From NCBI GenBank assembly GCA_977017575.1, contig CDRNVI010000014.1:434001-498000 (forward strand): a stretch of DNA of 64,000 nucleotides. Reading direction: 5' to 3'. Of the stretch, positions 31,531 to 44,090 are shown in pieces. How positions within the stretch are numbered: position 1 is the stretch's first letter; each line of letters opens with the position of its first letter. The translations under genes and the position numbers were made by a program. The DNA is from Paramoeba atlantica (lineage: Eukaryota; Protista; Discosea). The notes under the pieces are model-generated. The model saw nothing but the letters and a program-made list of their open reading frames with translations, searched no databases and had not been told where the DNA came from.

Positions 31531-31890
31531 ATACTACAAACAAGAAAAACAGTAAAAATTAAAACAAGCAATCCATGCCCAATCCATTCGCGCGTTCCGG
31601 ACCGGGTCTTTCGACCTCTCCACGGCCTGACTTGTGAACCCTTCCCTTGTTATATGGGAGGGCGCAGGCGCGGGCCTGTGTCGACAGCGACACGGTCACG
31701 AAACAGGATGCTGGCCGACGGGGAGGAGATTCACTGCCCGTGTACTACCTCACTTGGGGTACCTAGCCCTCGCGGGCTAGGCGTGAGTATAGACTCTGTC
31801 GACCCGACCAGCATCCGGGCTCACATTAGAGAGCCTCACTCATGAGAGCAAGGCTTGAGAATAGGTGGGTAAGACACAGTGGGTAGGGGC

Positions 31891-34800
31891 TTATGCCCCT
31901 ACCAAAGACCCCGCTGGATCCGCCACGGGGATGCGTGACACCATCATCCGGGCCTGCGAACGCATGAGCGTAACATTCAGCTCCGTCAAGAGTTCATTTC
32001 GCGCTTGGCTCCGTGACAGAAACCCCTTGGACGCATTCGCCCGTTGCGTTCCGATATCCCGGAGTAACGCTAGGGCACTTTCACTCCAGGACCCAAAGGA
32101 CTCTACAACCATTGCTGTGAAGAGATGCCCGGCTTCGTCTGCTTCTTGTCGCTGTCGCGCCTTGGTCTCGGCATAGTGCGCGGCAAAAGACCCTGGGGTC
32201 ACCCAGCTAGCATTACGGACTGAGTCCAAATACTTTAATTGCTGGGCGTGGGTGACCGCAAAGTCCAATACCATGCCTTGCGCCCGAGTCCCTTTTGCCA
32301 AGGATGCAGTGGGCAGGAAGACATCCGCAGGCCTCGTGAGAGCTCCTCCGGGGCCTCGGTTTCCGAGACTCATCTCGCGCCGTGGTCCCAATTGGGCCTT
32401 GGAACAGAAAGATGTGAATTGTTGTGCCAGGGAGTTGTGGCGGGCGATGATGCCATGCCCATTTTTACAGAGCAAGGCGTGTTCACCGTTCTTGAGGAGA
32501 GGGAGGGCACAGCCTTCGGCGGGACAAGGCCTATCCTCTGGGAAAACATCCACCCCCAACCACCAACGTGATAGCGTCCGGAACTCCGTGGGGGTGAAAG
32601 CCAACCCTCTTTGCTTTGAGGGTGTCACAAAAACCCAGTTTCCGGCCCCTTTACCTGACTGAGAAACCCAGCGTGCCCTTGTTCGGGCGTCTGCCCTTGC
32701 GTAAGCAGCATAGAACTCCTGTTCAGCGATTGCGTGGCTCAGGTGTTTTTGTCGTGGTACGATGGTTTCTGGTTCTGTGGTGTCGGGTAAAAGGGGGTGG
32801 CGGAGGGAATGGGAAAGTTTTCTTTTCGCCGGGCGTGACTGGGCGTCCCGTGCCTCGTTGTGGTAGTCTGGTGAGCTTGGCTTGAGGATACGTCCAGTAT
32901 ACAGATCGACCAGGACAGTCCCAACTTTTTGATTTATTTCGCGTGCCGAATCAAGAAACCCTTCAGCTTCGGCTGCATCCCACTTATCCTTGTCGGAGGC
33001 AAAAGCCACAGAAGAAACGTATGCGGCCGAGTGGTGAAGCAACGATGAGCGAAGGCCGAATCCCCCGTAACGTTTGGGCCGTTGTAGTTGGTCAAGGGCG
33101 GGAAGATCAAGAGGAAAAAGTGCGTGTTCCACAGCGCGCATGAGGTGAAAATCCAGCTGACGACAGAGTTCTCCGAGGCCTTGGGGAGGGGTGGTACGCA
33201 GTGCGTATACCATTTGGCAGAATCCGGCGCACTGCCTTATAAGGGCGAGGGCCACTTGCGGGTCTTCTATCAGGGAAATGGCTTCCAACGTATCGCGGGC
33301 TGGCTCGATCGCGTGTGTCCTTAGGAAATTCGCACAGTGTTCTGGAGAGCCCACCGGACTCCCAAGGATATCAAAGTTTCCGTCATACCTTATTTTGTCG
33401 CTAGGAATGTCGGGGAAAAAAGCAGAGGTGTGGGCAGACGCAGGGGGGGTGATGATTTCACATTTTGAGAGGTTCAGAAAGAGTCCCCACTGAGTTCCCA
33501 CTTCCGCGAGAACGTCTAGTGCCTTCCGGACTTCCCGTGGTTCGCCAATGATCACACCGTCATCGAGATACCATAACTGTGTTTGGAGCTTTGTACGCGA
33601 TGCGATTTCCTCCGTTGCCCCCGACAAAACCAAAGAGAACAGGAGGGGACCTAGGGGATCACCTTGCTGCACGCCCTCGGCCGAAGGAATTAAATTGTCA
33701 CCAAATGTTAGACAGCTGTGGTTGGCGTAACACCACTCAACCCATGGGGACAACTCGGGGAAATGCTTTCGCGTGAGGAAGATAAACACCGGCCTACTGA
33801 CATTGTTAAAGGCGTTGCGGAGATCCACTTTACAGAAGGTTATATTTTCGTTTTCCATGTTGTTGAGCATCAACCTACGACAATTGTGAATGACTCGCTC
33901 TGCTCCGGCGGGCGCCGCGACGCCGTACTGTTTGCGGCCGAAGAAGGAACTTGCCTTTTCCTTTAAAGAAAGACACGCTGCCTTGCTGACCAAACGTCGT
34001 AGCGTTTCCCCCGCAGCAATAGGCCTCACGTCTTCTTCGTCCTTTTCGAGCGCGCAGAGTCGTGCACCTGCAAAGAAGGGGTGTACTTCATCCGGGCCTC
34101 TGCCTGCTAAAAGGTGGTTCACAAAGGACGTGAGCGCCAGGAGTGGATCCATGTACTGGTCAACATGCTCTTGCAGTGCTGCTTGTAGGTGTTCGGGTCG
34201 AAGACCCATGGTTCCGGCGGAGGAGCCGCGGTGAAAACTATTCACGGCCTTTTTTACTTCCGATTCGTCCAGCTGTAAAAAGTCTTCTTTCAATGGTGGC
34301 AAAGGGCAGGAGATAGGATTCCCGTGGGAGCTAGGATGTTTCCTTTGCAACTTTCGCAATGTTTCTTCGTTGTGCGGCGCGAGGGGAGCTGCCGTCAGGG
34401 CTGCCATTCCTCTGGAAAATTCCCCGTCACGGACCAGAAGTTCTGCTCGTACTATAGCCTTTTCCACGTCGTTCTCGTTGCTCGTGTTCTTCGGGCGTTT
34501 TCTCTCGTGATCGGACACAGCTTGAGACCAAAGGGTCGAGTATTGTCCTTCCATCCAAAGCTCCATTCTTTTGAGAATGTACGACGAGTAAGTGATATGG
34601 GCTTTACGGCCTCCTCGGAACGGGGCTGGAAGGACGCACTTTGGAAGTAAGGCAAGGAGCGTCCACGCCCTCACTGAATTTTCGCGCACCGCTGTGGATA
34701 GGGCGTAAGTCAATATCTGGGCCCACATGCGTCGGCATCGGTGTGGGACGTCTTTGCAGGTGTTTATCGGTGTCGTGCATATTTGCTCCAGAGAGGGTAG

Positions 34801-35685
34801 CTCGGCCGTGCCCTGAACATCGTAGATGGCTTCTCCTAGGCATTCCGAGGGTTGCGAGGGTGGAGGTGATTGCACGGCGTGCCCTTTGCATTGGTTCACG
34901 TGCGCCGTCTTTTTGTTGAGAGCGTAATGTCGACCGCATGCGGCGCACAGAAAGCGGCCCTCTTTCTCCCACCAAACACTGGAAATTGCTTCCCCATGCC
35001 TGTAGGCCACGTGGTGGTAATAGTACTGCCACTGCCCTCCGTGGGCTTGCGTCTTCCAGGTACACCCATCTGCAGGGCACTCTCGTTGCGGCGGATCTTC
35101 CTCAGAAATGGGCGGGGTCGCAGGAACCTGGTCACTTGCCAGGGTCGGGGCCTGAGGAGTGGTCACTCGTGATACGTTTTCCGTAGGTTCGAGAACGTGG
35201 GGGCCCCGCGTGGTCTTGTAGTCCGCGGTTTCCGCTTTTCTTGCATTGGCTTTCTCTCGGGCCTTCTGAGGTTTCGTAGCGCCCCGAAGCTGACCCTTAG
35301 AACTCGGAGGTGTGGCGGAAGCTCTTCGACGAGGGAATTTCTTAGCCATGGAATTATTATCAAGCTGTGTGGTATCAACTTCGAGATTCGATCTGATGAG
35401 AACACGTGAGTGGTTCGTTTCTTCGTCGCCTCCATTTTCGCATCCTGTATCAGGCGTTTGTTGTTGAGTTAAGATGGAGGCGGCATTCGCGCACCAGTCA
35501 TTAGGGACATTCGCAGGAATCGGAGTTGTATATAGCAGATCATTATACGTGCTTGGATGCTTGATGAGGTGTGCGTTTCCAGCAAATTGGTCCCAAGATC
35601 CAGGTAGATGTGTGGATTCCTCTTGTAGGAATGTATCGTCGTCCATGAGGGGAAGTGTCTCTTCGTGTGGGCTGATACCAGACAT
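31891..35685 (-). CDS. Family A polyprotein (ZnF-RT-CCHC-endonuclease)
   Basis: CPADGC..HVAYRH, CAACG..HVNQC, QQGDPLGP, YLDD, CPAEGC..HALLC, RPAD..DFAVTH. First ATG after the SL is at 35685. Confidence 0.92.
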   Translation of the reverse strand: MSGISPHEETLPLMDDDTFLQEESTHLPGSWDQFAGNAHLIKHPSTYNDLLYTTPIPANVPNDWCANAASILTQQQTPDTGCENGGDEETNHSRVLIRSNLEVDTTQLDNNSMAKKFPRRRASATPPSSKGQLRGATKPQKAREKANARKAETADYKTTRGPHVLEPTENVSRVTTPQAPTLASDQVPATPPISEEDPPQRECPADGCTWKTQAHGGQWQYYYHHVAYRHGEAISSVWWEKEGRFLCAACGRHYALNKKTAHVNQCKGHAVQSPPPSQPSECLGEAIYDVQGTAELPSLEQICTTPINTCKDVPHRCRRMWAQILTYALSTAVRENSVRAWTLLALLPKCVLPAPFRGGRKAHITYSSYILKRMELWMEGQYSTLWSQAVSDHERKRPKNTSNENDVEKAIVRAELLVRDGEFSRGMAALTAAPLAPHNEETLRKLQRKHPSSHGNPISCPLPPLKEDFLQLDESEVKKAVNSFHRGSSAGTMGLRPEHLQAALQEHVDQYMDPLLALTSFVNHLLAGRGPDEVHPFFAGARLCALEKDEEDVRPIAAGETLRRLVSKAACLSLKEKASSFFGRKQYGVAAPAGAERVIHNCRRLMLNNMENENITFCKVDLRNAFNNVSRPVFIFLTRKHFPELSPWVEWCYANHSCLTFGDNLIPSAEGVQQGDPLGPLLFSLVLSGATEEIASRTKLQTQLWYLDDGVIIGEPREVRKALDVLAEVGTQWGLFLNLSKCEIITPPASAHTSAFFPDIPSDKIRYDGNFDILGSPVGSPEHCANFLRTHAIEPARDTLEAISLIEDPQVALALIRQCAGFCQMVYALRTTPPQGLGELCRQLDFHLMRAVEHALFPLDLPALDQLQRPKRYGGFGLRSSLLHHSAAYVSSVAFASDKDKWDAAEAEGFLDSAREINQKVGTVLVDLYTGRILKPSSPDYHNEARDAQSRPAKRKLSHSLRHPLLPDTTEPETIVPRQKHLSHAIAEQEFYAAYARADARTRARWVSQSGKGAGNWVFVTPSKQRGLAFTPTEFRTLSRWWLGVDVFPEDRPCPAEGCALPLLKNGEHALLCKNGHGIIARHNSLAQQFTSFCSKAQLGPRREMSLGNRGPGGALTRPADVFLPTASLAKGTRAQGMVLDFAVTHAQQLKYLDSVRNASWVTPGSFAAHYAETKARQRQEADEAGHLFTAMVVESFGSWSESALALLRDIGTQRANASKGFLSRSQARNELLTELNVTLMRSQARMMVSRIPVADPAGSLVGA

Positions 35686-35730
35686 TGAGAGTAACCCGTA
35701 CCTCGGAAAGAGATGAAATAGAAAATAATT

Positions 35731-35762
35731 CAACAAGGTACAGAAACTGTATCTTTATCGTT
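35731..35762 (-). other. Spliced-leader-like exon copy (nt 8-39)
   Basis: Exact match; separated from the upstream poly(A) by GGGGAG. Confidence 0.85.
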
Positions 35763-35913
35763 CTCCCCTTTTTTTTTTTTTTTTTTCTGAGCCTTCTCCC
35801 AAAGATCGTTCGTATTATCCTAAATCTCGCAGGCATTCTAAACACGGATAATCGTTGTGAATAATAATAAGAACTTTTAAGAGCTTTTCTAATGTGCGAA
35901 CTTGTTGGTCGAC

Positions 35914-37617
35914 TCACTGACGCAGTCCACCAATCCAATGTGCTTCTGGAATATACTCGCGGAGCTGCGATACAATAGTATACGCTGCTAGCTTTTCTAT
36001 CTCAAGTTGGAAGGCCTCACGTACGTCTTCGTACTTTTGTTTGGCTCGTTGGGATAATGCCTTGAGGAGGGTTTTGGTGTCGTTGTGCAGAAGACCGCAG
36101 TCAGAGGCGGCCAGGCAACGAAAAGAGTCGCTTTCTACGCCTTTCTCCGTAACGTACTTTTTGAATTTCTTGTCGAGCACGTGCTGCATCAGCGCTGTAC
36201 TTGTTTGTTTGGCATAGCTGCTGCAACAAGTGTGAACAACGGTAAAATCATACAGGACCTCCCCCATGTGGGGCCACATAATAGCAAGATCAGGACCGGA
36301 TCGGATTCTGCGGGCTTTGCAAGGATGATGTTCAGCTACTTCCGCTGAGATGGAACACTTGCACTTAGTACAGAAAAACGAAGAATGGATGCGCGGTTCG
36401 ATAATACAAGGGAGACCAGCTTTGGAGCACAAATCTGCGAGGTACCTCACTATGTGTGAGTGCTTTCTGGTGCAATTCATGCCCGAGCACCGGGAGCATC
36501 CTGCGACGTGTGGTATAATGCTGGTAGGAGATTCATGGCCACAGCATCCAGGGCATATAACATCGGCCGGTGCGTTATGTAATCCGATGCCCAAACGCAT
36601 CATCAAAGTGTATCGGAAGAGGTACGGGTTTACATAATTGCTGGTGCTTTCTAAATGCATGTTTGATTCCTTTGTACGCTTCAATAAAAGTCCCATGTGA
36701 GAATCCTTCTGCAGCTCAGTTATCTGTTTATCGTGTTCTGCACTTAGCTTCTTTTTCAATAGCTTGCGCGCTGCCTCTCCTCGACTTTGCGGTTGTTTCA
36801 CAGCTTTTTCGCTGCCTTTCTGATCTACCGGAGCGTTATTGGGTTTAAGGTGCTCATCAATAGATTTGCTGGCAGTTTCGAAGAAATGTTTTTGCTTCAG
36901 AGTCGAGGAAATTAAGCCTAGGCCACCGAGTTTCTGTGGTAGAGCGGCGAGTTTCAGGGCGTTTGCGTCTGCTCCACTCCACTTTTCTAGAACTTTGTTT
37001 ACTTGGTTCTCGAAGGATTGTGCTAGTTGGAAAGTAGCGCCTGGCCGATGTACTCGTAGATGGTAATCGTGCCGTGGAATCGTACAACGGCGGAGAATGG
37101 CAAGAGACAAATTACTGGGACCCATAAGCAACAACCTGCGGAATAGGCACTTGTGTTTCTCCATTTTCTTGATCAGCAGATTTTCCACGACTTGGTCTGT
37201 GCCTACGTATGCGCCTAAGACTTTTATCGCATCACTGCAAAAGTTTACTCCAAGTTTTTCCAACGGAGGAGGCTGAGCTATGTTGGGAATGTTCTTCTGA
37301 AACCAATCGCATTTCTGGAAATTAATTCGGAGGTTCATCTCTGCGGCGATCTCACGCAGGTAAAAGAAAGCTGCCTCCAATGCTTGCACGTTTTTGGAGC
37401 TCAAAGTCACATCGTCTTGGTATGCTCGGATCTTCACGTCAGGATAGAGGTGCATGAGTTCTCGTAGCGGGCCTTGCAAAAGTGCGCAGAAGTACATTGA
37501 TGAAAGTGCCGATCCTTGGCGAATTCCTGAAGAGCTTTCGATGGTAGCAAACAGAGCATTGTGCGCAAAAAATAGCAGCTCAGAGGGAATCCCATATTCT
37601 AGGTAGAATAGGCGCAT
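35914..37617 (-). pseudogene. Family C RT C-half, zinc fingers and endonuclease (array copy 1)
   Basis: GIRQGS, YQDD, CPGC..HVAGC, RSGPD..YDFTV; lacks the RT N-terminus. Confidence 0.85.
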
Positions 37618-38058
37618 GAAAGGCTTGAAAATGGGATTACCAAGGAGTGCCTCAGCAGTTGTCTTGCGCTTGTGCTACACTTTTCTTTTTCCGTACGAGA
37701 CTAGAAACCGCTTCGTTCCATAGCGCTAAGAATTCTCCATTGCGCCATCTAGCTAGACACTTCTTCACATGGGAAGCGTACGACGCTTTCGCGCGGTTAC
37801 CTCCGCGGTGGGGGGCAGGTAAAACGCACTTGGGCAACATGGCGAGAAGCGTCCACGCTTGGAGTGTGTTTTCGCAGATCGCCGTGGATATACATCCACA
37901 ATTCTATTTTTTTTTTTTTTTTTTTTTTTTTCTGAGCCTTCTCCCAAAGATCGTTCGTATTATCCTAAATCTCGCAGGCATTCTAAACACGGATAATCGT
38001 TGTGAATAATAATAAGAACTTTTAAGAGCTTTTCTAATGTGCGAACTTGTTGGTCGAC

Positions 38059-39762
38059 TCACTGACGCAGTCCACCAATCCAATGTGCTTCTGGAATATA
38101 CTCGCGGAGCTGCGATACAATAGTATACGCTGCTAGCTTTTCTATCTCGAGTTGGAAGGCCTCACGTACGTCTTCGTACTTTTGTTTGGCTCGTTGGGAT
38201 AATGCCTTGAGGAGGGTTTTGGTGTCGTTGTGCAGAAGACCGCAGTCAGAGGCGGCCAGGCAACGAAAAGAGTCGCTTTCTACGCCTTTCTCCGTAACGT
38301 ACTTCTTGAATTTCTTGTCGAGCACGTGCTGCATCAGCGCTGTACTTGTTTGTTTGGCATAGCTGCTGCAACAAGTGTGAACAACGGTAAAATCATACAG
38401 GACCTCCCCCATGTGGGGCCACATAATAGCAAGATCAGGACCGGATCGGATTCTGCGGGCTTTGCAAGGATGATGTTCAGCTACTTCCGCTGAGATGGAA
38501 CACTTGCACTTAGTACAGAAAAACGAAGAATGGATGCGCGGTTCGATAATACAAGGGAGACCAGCTTTGGAGCACAAATCTGCGAGGTACCTCACTATGT
38601 GTGAGTGCTTTCTGGTGCAATTCATGCCCGAGCACCGGGAGCATCCTGCGACGTGTGGTATAATGCTGGTAGGAGATTCATGGCCACAGCATCCAGGGCA
38701 TATAACATCGGCCGGTGCGTTATGTAATCCGATGCCCAAACGCATCATCAAAGTGTATCGGAAGAGGTACGGGTTTACATAATTGCTGGTGCTTTCTAAA
38801 TGCATGTTTGATTCCTTTGTACGCTTCAATAAAAGTCCCATGTGAGAATCCTTCTGCAGCTCAGTTATCTGTTTATCGTGTTCTGCACTTAGCTTCTTTT
38901 TCAATAGCTTGCGCGCTGCCTCTCCTCGACTTTGCGGTTGTTTCACAGCTTTTTCGCTGCCTTTCTGATCTACCGGAGCGTTATTGGGTTTAAGGTGCTC
39001 ATCAATAGATTTGCTGGCAGTTTCGAAGAAATGTTTTTGCTTCAGAGTCGAGGAAATTAAGCCTAGGCCACCGAGTTTCTGTGGTAGAGCGGCGAGTTTC
39101 AGGGCGTTTGCGTCTGCTCCACTCCACTTTTCTAGAACTTTGTTTACTTGGTTCTCGAAGGATTGTGCTAGTTGGAAAGTAGCGCCTGGCCGATGTACTC
39201 GTAGATGGTAATCGTGCCGTGGAATCGTACAACGGCGGAGAATGGCAAGAGACAAATTACTGGGACCCATAAGCAACAACCTGCGGAATAGGCACTTGTG
39301 TTTCTCCATTTTCTTGATCAGCAGATTTTCCACGACTTGGTCTGTGCCTACGTATGCGCCTAAGACTTTTATCGCATCACTGCAAAAGTTTACTCCAAGT
39401 TTTTCCAACGGAGGAGGCTGAGCTATGTTGGGAATGTTCTTCTGAAACCAATCGCATTTCTGGAAATTAATTCGGAGGTTCATCTCTGCGGCGATCTCAC
39501 GCAGGTAAAAGAAAGCTGCCTCCAATGCTTGCACGTTTTTGGAGCTCAAAGTCACATCGTCTTGGTATGCTCGGATCTTCACGTCAGGATAGAGGTGCAT
39601 GAGTTCTCGTAGCGGGCCTTGCAAAAGTGCGCAGAAGTACATTGATGAAAGTGCCGATCCTTGGCGAATTCCTGAAGAGCTTTCGATGGTAGCAAACAGA
39701 GCATTGTGCGCAAAAAATAGCAGCTCAGAGGGAATCCCATATTCTAGGTAGAATAGGCGCAT
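38059..39762 (-). pseudogene. Family C fragment (array copy 2)
   Basis: Same 567-aa translation as copy 1. Confidence 0.85.
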
Positions 39763-40201
39763 GAAAGGCTTGAAAATGGGATTACCAAGGAGTGCCTCAG
39801 CAGTTGTCTTGCGCTTGTGCTACACTTTTCTTTTTCCGTACGAGACTAGAAACCGCTTCGTTCCATAGCGCTAAGAATTCTCCATTGCGCCATCTAGCTA
39901 GACACTTCTTCACATGGGAAGCGTACGACGCTTTCGCGCGGTTACCTCCGCGGTGGGGGGCAGGTAAAACGCACTTGGGCAACATGGCGAGAAGCGTCCA
40001 CGCTTGGAGTGTGTTTTCGCAGATCGCCGTGGATATACATCCACAATTCTATTTTTTTTTTTTTTTTTTTTTTTCTGAGCCTTCTCCCAAAGATCGTTCG
40101 TATTATCCTAAATCTCGCAGGCATTCTAAACACGGATAATCGTTGTGAATAATAATAAGAACTTTTAAGAGCTTTTCTAATGTGCGAACTTGTTGGTCGA
40201 C

Positions 40202-41905
40202 TCACTGACGCAGTCCACCAATCCAATGTGCTTCTGGAATATACTCGCGGAGCTGCGATACAATAGTATACGCTGCTAGCTTTTCTATCTCGAGTTGGAA
40301 GGCCTCACGTACGTCTTCGTACTTTTGTTTGGCTCGTTGGGATAATGCCTTGAGGAGGGTTTTGGTGTCGTTGTGCAGAAGACCGCAGTCAGAGGCGGCC
40401 AGGCAACGAAAAGAGTCGCTTTCTACGCCTTTCTCCGTAACGTACTTCTTGAATTTCTTGTCGAGCACGTGCTGCATCAGCGCTGTACTTGTTTGTTTGG
40501 CATAGCTGCTGCAACAAGTGTGAACAACGGTAAAATCATACAGGACCTCCCCCATGTGGGGCCACATAATAGCAAGATCAGGACCGGATCGGATTCTGCG
40601 GGCTTTGCAAGGATGATGTTCAGCTACTTCCGCTGAGATGGAACACTTGCACTTAGTACAGAAAAACGAAGAATGGATGCGCGGTTCGATAATACAAGGG
40701 AGACCAGCTTTGGAGCACAAATCTGCGAGGTACCTCACTATGTGTGAGTGCTTTCTGGTGCAATTCATGCCCGAGCACCGGGAGCATCCTGCGACGTGTG
40801 GTATAATGCTGGTAGGAGATTCATGGCCACAGCATCCAGGGCATATAACATCGGCCGGTGCGTTATGTAATCCGATGCCCAAACGCATCATCAAAGTGTA
40901 TCGGAAGAGGTACGGGTTTACATAATTGCTGGTGCTTTCTAAATGCATGTTTGATTCCTTTGTACGCTTCAATAAAAGTCCCATGTGAGAATCCTTCTGC
41001 AGCTCAGTTATCTGTTTATCGTGTTCTGCACTTAGCTTCTTTTTCAATAGCTTGCGCGCTGCCTCTCCTCGACTTTGCGGTTGTTTCACAGCTTTTTCGC
41101 TGCCTTTCTGATCTACCGGAGCGTTATTGGGTTTAAGGTGCTCATCAATAGATTTGCTGGCAGTTTCGAAGAAATGTTTTTGCTTCAGAGTCGAGGAAAT
41201 TAAGCCTAGGCCACCGAGTTTCTGTGGTAGAGCGGCGAGTTTCAGGGCGTTTGCGTCTGCTCCACTCCACTTTTCTAGAACTTTGTTTACTTGGTTCTCG
41301 AAGGATTGTGCTAGTTGGAAAGTAGCGCCTGGCCGATGTACTCGTAGATGGTAATCGTGCCGTGGAATCGTACAACGGCGGAGAATGGCAAGAGACAAAT
41401 TACTGGGACCCATAAGCAACAACCTGCGGAATAGGCACTTGTGTTTCTCCATTTTCTTGATCAGCAGATTTTCCACGACTTGGTCTGTGCCTACGTATGC
41501 GCCTAAGACTTTTATCGCATCACTGCAAAAGTTTACTCCAAGTTTTTCCAACGGAGGAGGCTGAGCTATGTTGGGAATGTTCTTCTGAAACCAATCGCAT
41601 TTCTGGAAATTAATTCGGAGGTTCATCTCTGCGGCGATCTCACGCAGGTAAAAGAAAGCTGCCTCCAATGCTTGCACGTTTTTGGAGCTCAAAGTCACAT
41701 CGTCTTGGTATGCTCGGATCTTCACGTCAGGATAGAGGTGCATGAGTTCTCGTAGCGGGCCTTGCAAAAGTGCGCAGAAGTACATTGATGAAAGTGCCGA
41801 TCCTTGGCGAATTCCTGAAGAGCTTTCGATGGTAGCAAACAGAGCATTGTGCGCAAAAAATAGCAGCTCAGAGGGAATCCCATATTCTAGGTAGAATAGG
41901 CGCAT
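40202..41905 (-). pseudogene. Family C fragment (array copy 3)
   Basis: Same 567-aa translation as copy 1. Confidence 0.85.
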
Positions 41906-42343
41906 GAAAGGCTTGAAAATGGGATTACCAAGGAGTGCCTCAGCAGTTGTCTTGCGCTTGTGCTACACTTTTCTTTTTCCGTACGAGACTAGAAACCGCT
42001 TCGTTCCATAGCGCTAAGAATTCTCCATTGCGCCATCTAGCTAGACACTTCTTCACATGGGAAGCGTACGACGCTTTCGCGCGGTTACCTCCGCGGTGGG
42101 GGGCAGGTAAAACGCACTTGGGCAACATGGCGAGAAGCGTCCACGCTTGGAGTGTGTTTTCGCAGATCGCCGTGGATATACATCCACAATTCTATTTTTT
42201 TTTTTTTTTTTTTTTTCTGAGCCTTCTCCCAAAGATCGTTCGTATTATCCTAAATCTCGCAGGCATTCTAAACACGGATAATCGTTGTGAATAATAGTAA
42301 GAACTTTTAAGAGCTTTTCTAATGTGCGAACTTGTTGGTCGAC

Positions 42344-44090
42344 TCACTGACGCAGTCCACCAATCCAATGTGCTTCTGGAATATACTCGCGGAGCTGCGA
42401 TACAATAGTATACGCTGCTAGCTTTTCTATCTCGAGTTGGAAGGCCTCACGTACGTCTTCGTACTTTTGTTTGGCTCGTTGGGATAATGCCTTGAGGAGG
42501 GTTTTGGTGTCGTTGTGCAGAAGACCGCAGTCAGAGGCGGCCAGGCAACGAAAAGAGTCGCTTTCTACGCCTTTCTCCGTAACGTACTTCTTGAATTTCT
42601 TGTCGAGCACGTGCTGCATCAGCGCTGTACTTGTTTGTTTGGCATAGCTGCTGCAACAAGTGTGAACAACGGTAAAATCATACAGGACCTCCCCCATGTG
42701 GGGCCACATAATAGCAAGATCAGGACCGGATCGGATTCTGCGGGCTTTGCAAGGATGATGTTCAGCTACTTCCGCTGAGATGGAACACTTGCACTTAGTA
42801 CAGAAAAACGAAGAATGGATGCGCGGTTCGATAATACAAGGGAGACCAGCTTTGGAGCACAAATCTGCGAGGTACCTCACTATGTGTGAGTGCTTTCTGG
42901 TGCAATTCATGCCCGAGCACCGGGAGCATCCTGCGACGTGTGGTATAATGCTGGTAGGAGATTCATGGCCACAGCATCCAGGGCATATAACATCGGCCGG
43001 TGCGTTATGTAATCCGATGCCCAAACGCATCATCAAAGTGTATCGGAAGAGGTACGGGTTTACATAATTGCTGGTGCTTTCTAAATGCATGTTTGATTCC
43101 TTTGTACGCTTCAATAAAAGTCCCATGTGAGAATCCTTCTGCAGCTCAGTTATCTGTTTATCGTGTTCTGCACTTAGCTTCTTTTTCAATAGCTTGCGCG
43201 CTGCCTCTCCTCGACTTTGCGGTTGTTTCACAGCTTTTTCGCTGCCTTTCTGATCTACCGGAGCGTTATTGGGTTTAAGGTGCTCATCAATAGATTTGCT
43301 GGCAGTTTCGAAGAAATGTTTTTGCTTCAGAGTCGAGGAAATTAAGCCTAGGCCACCGAGTTTCTGTGGTAGAGCGGCGAGTTTCAGGGCGTTTGCGTCT
43401 GCTCCACTCCACTTTTCTAGAACTTTGTTTACTTGGTTCTCGAAGGATTGTGCTAGTTGGAAAGTAGCGCCTGGCCGATGTACTCGTAGATGGTAATCGT
43501 GCCGTGGAATCGTACAACGGCGGAGAATGGCAAGAGACAAATTACTGGGACCCATAAGCAACAACCTGCGGAATAGGCACTTGTGTTTCTCCATTTTCTT
43601 GATCAGCAGATTTTCCACGACTTGGTCTGTGCCTACGTATGCGCCTAAGACTTTTATCGCATCACTGCAAAAGTTTACTCCAAGTTTTTCCAACGGAGGA
43701 GGCTGAGCTATGTTGGGAATGTTCTTCTGAAACCAATCGCATTTCTGGAAATTAATTCGGAGGTTCATCTCTGCGGCGATCTCACGCAGGTAAAAGAAAG
43801 CTGCCTCCAATGCTTGCACGTTTTTGGAGCTCAAAGTCACATCGTCTTGGTATGCTCGGATCTTCACGTCAGGATAGAGGTGCATGAGTTCTCGTAGCGG
43901 GCCTTGCAAAAGTGCGCAGAAGTACATTGATGAAAGTGCCGATCCTTGGCGAATTCCTGAAGAGCTTTCGATGGTAGCAAACAGAGCATTGTGCGCAAAA
44001 AATAGCAGCTCAGAGGGAATCCCATATTCTAGGTAGAATAGGCGCATGAAAGGCTTGAAAATGGGATTACCAAGGAGTGCCTCAGCAATG
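42344..44090 (-). pseudogene. Family C fragment (array copy 4), fused by chance in frame to an RTE fragment
   Basis: Same translation from IAEALLGNP onward. Confidence 0.85.

Larger units (their letters stand above)
31531..35762 (-). mobile_element. Family A element (second subfamily) from SL to a truncated 3' UTR
   Basis: SL at 35731-35762, intact ORF, family A 3' UTR at 31531-31890. Confidence 0.9.
35769..44090 (-). repeat. Tandem array of four family C 3' halves, three of them joined to a ~250-bp family A fragment
   Basis: Units start at 35787, 37932, 40075 and 42217 (periods 2145, 2143, 2142) and differ by a few SNPs and poly(T) length. Confidence 0.95.
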
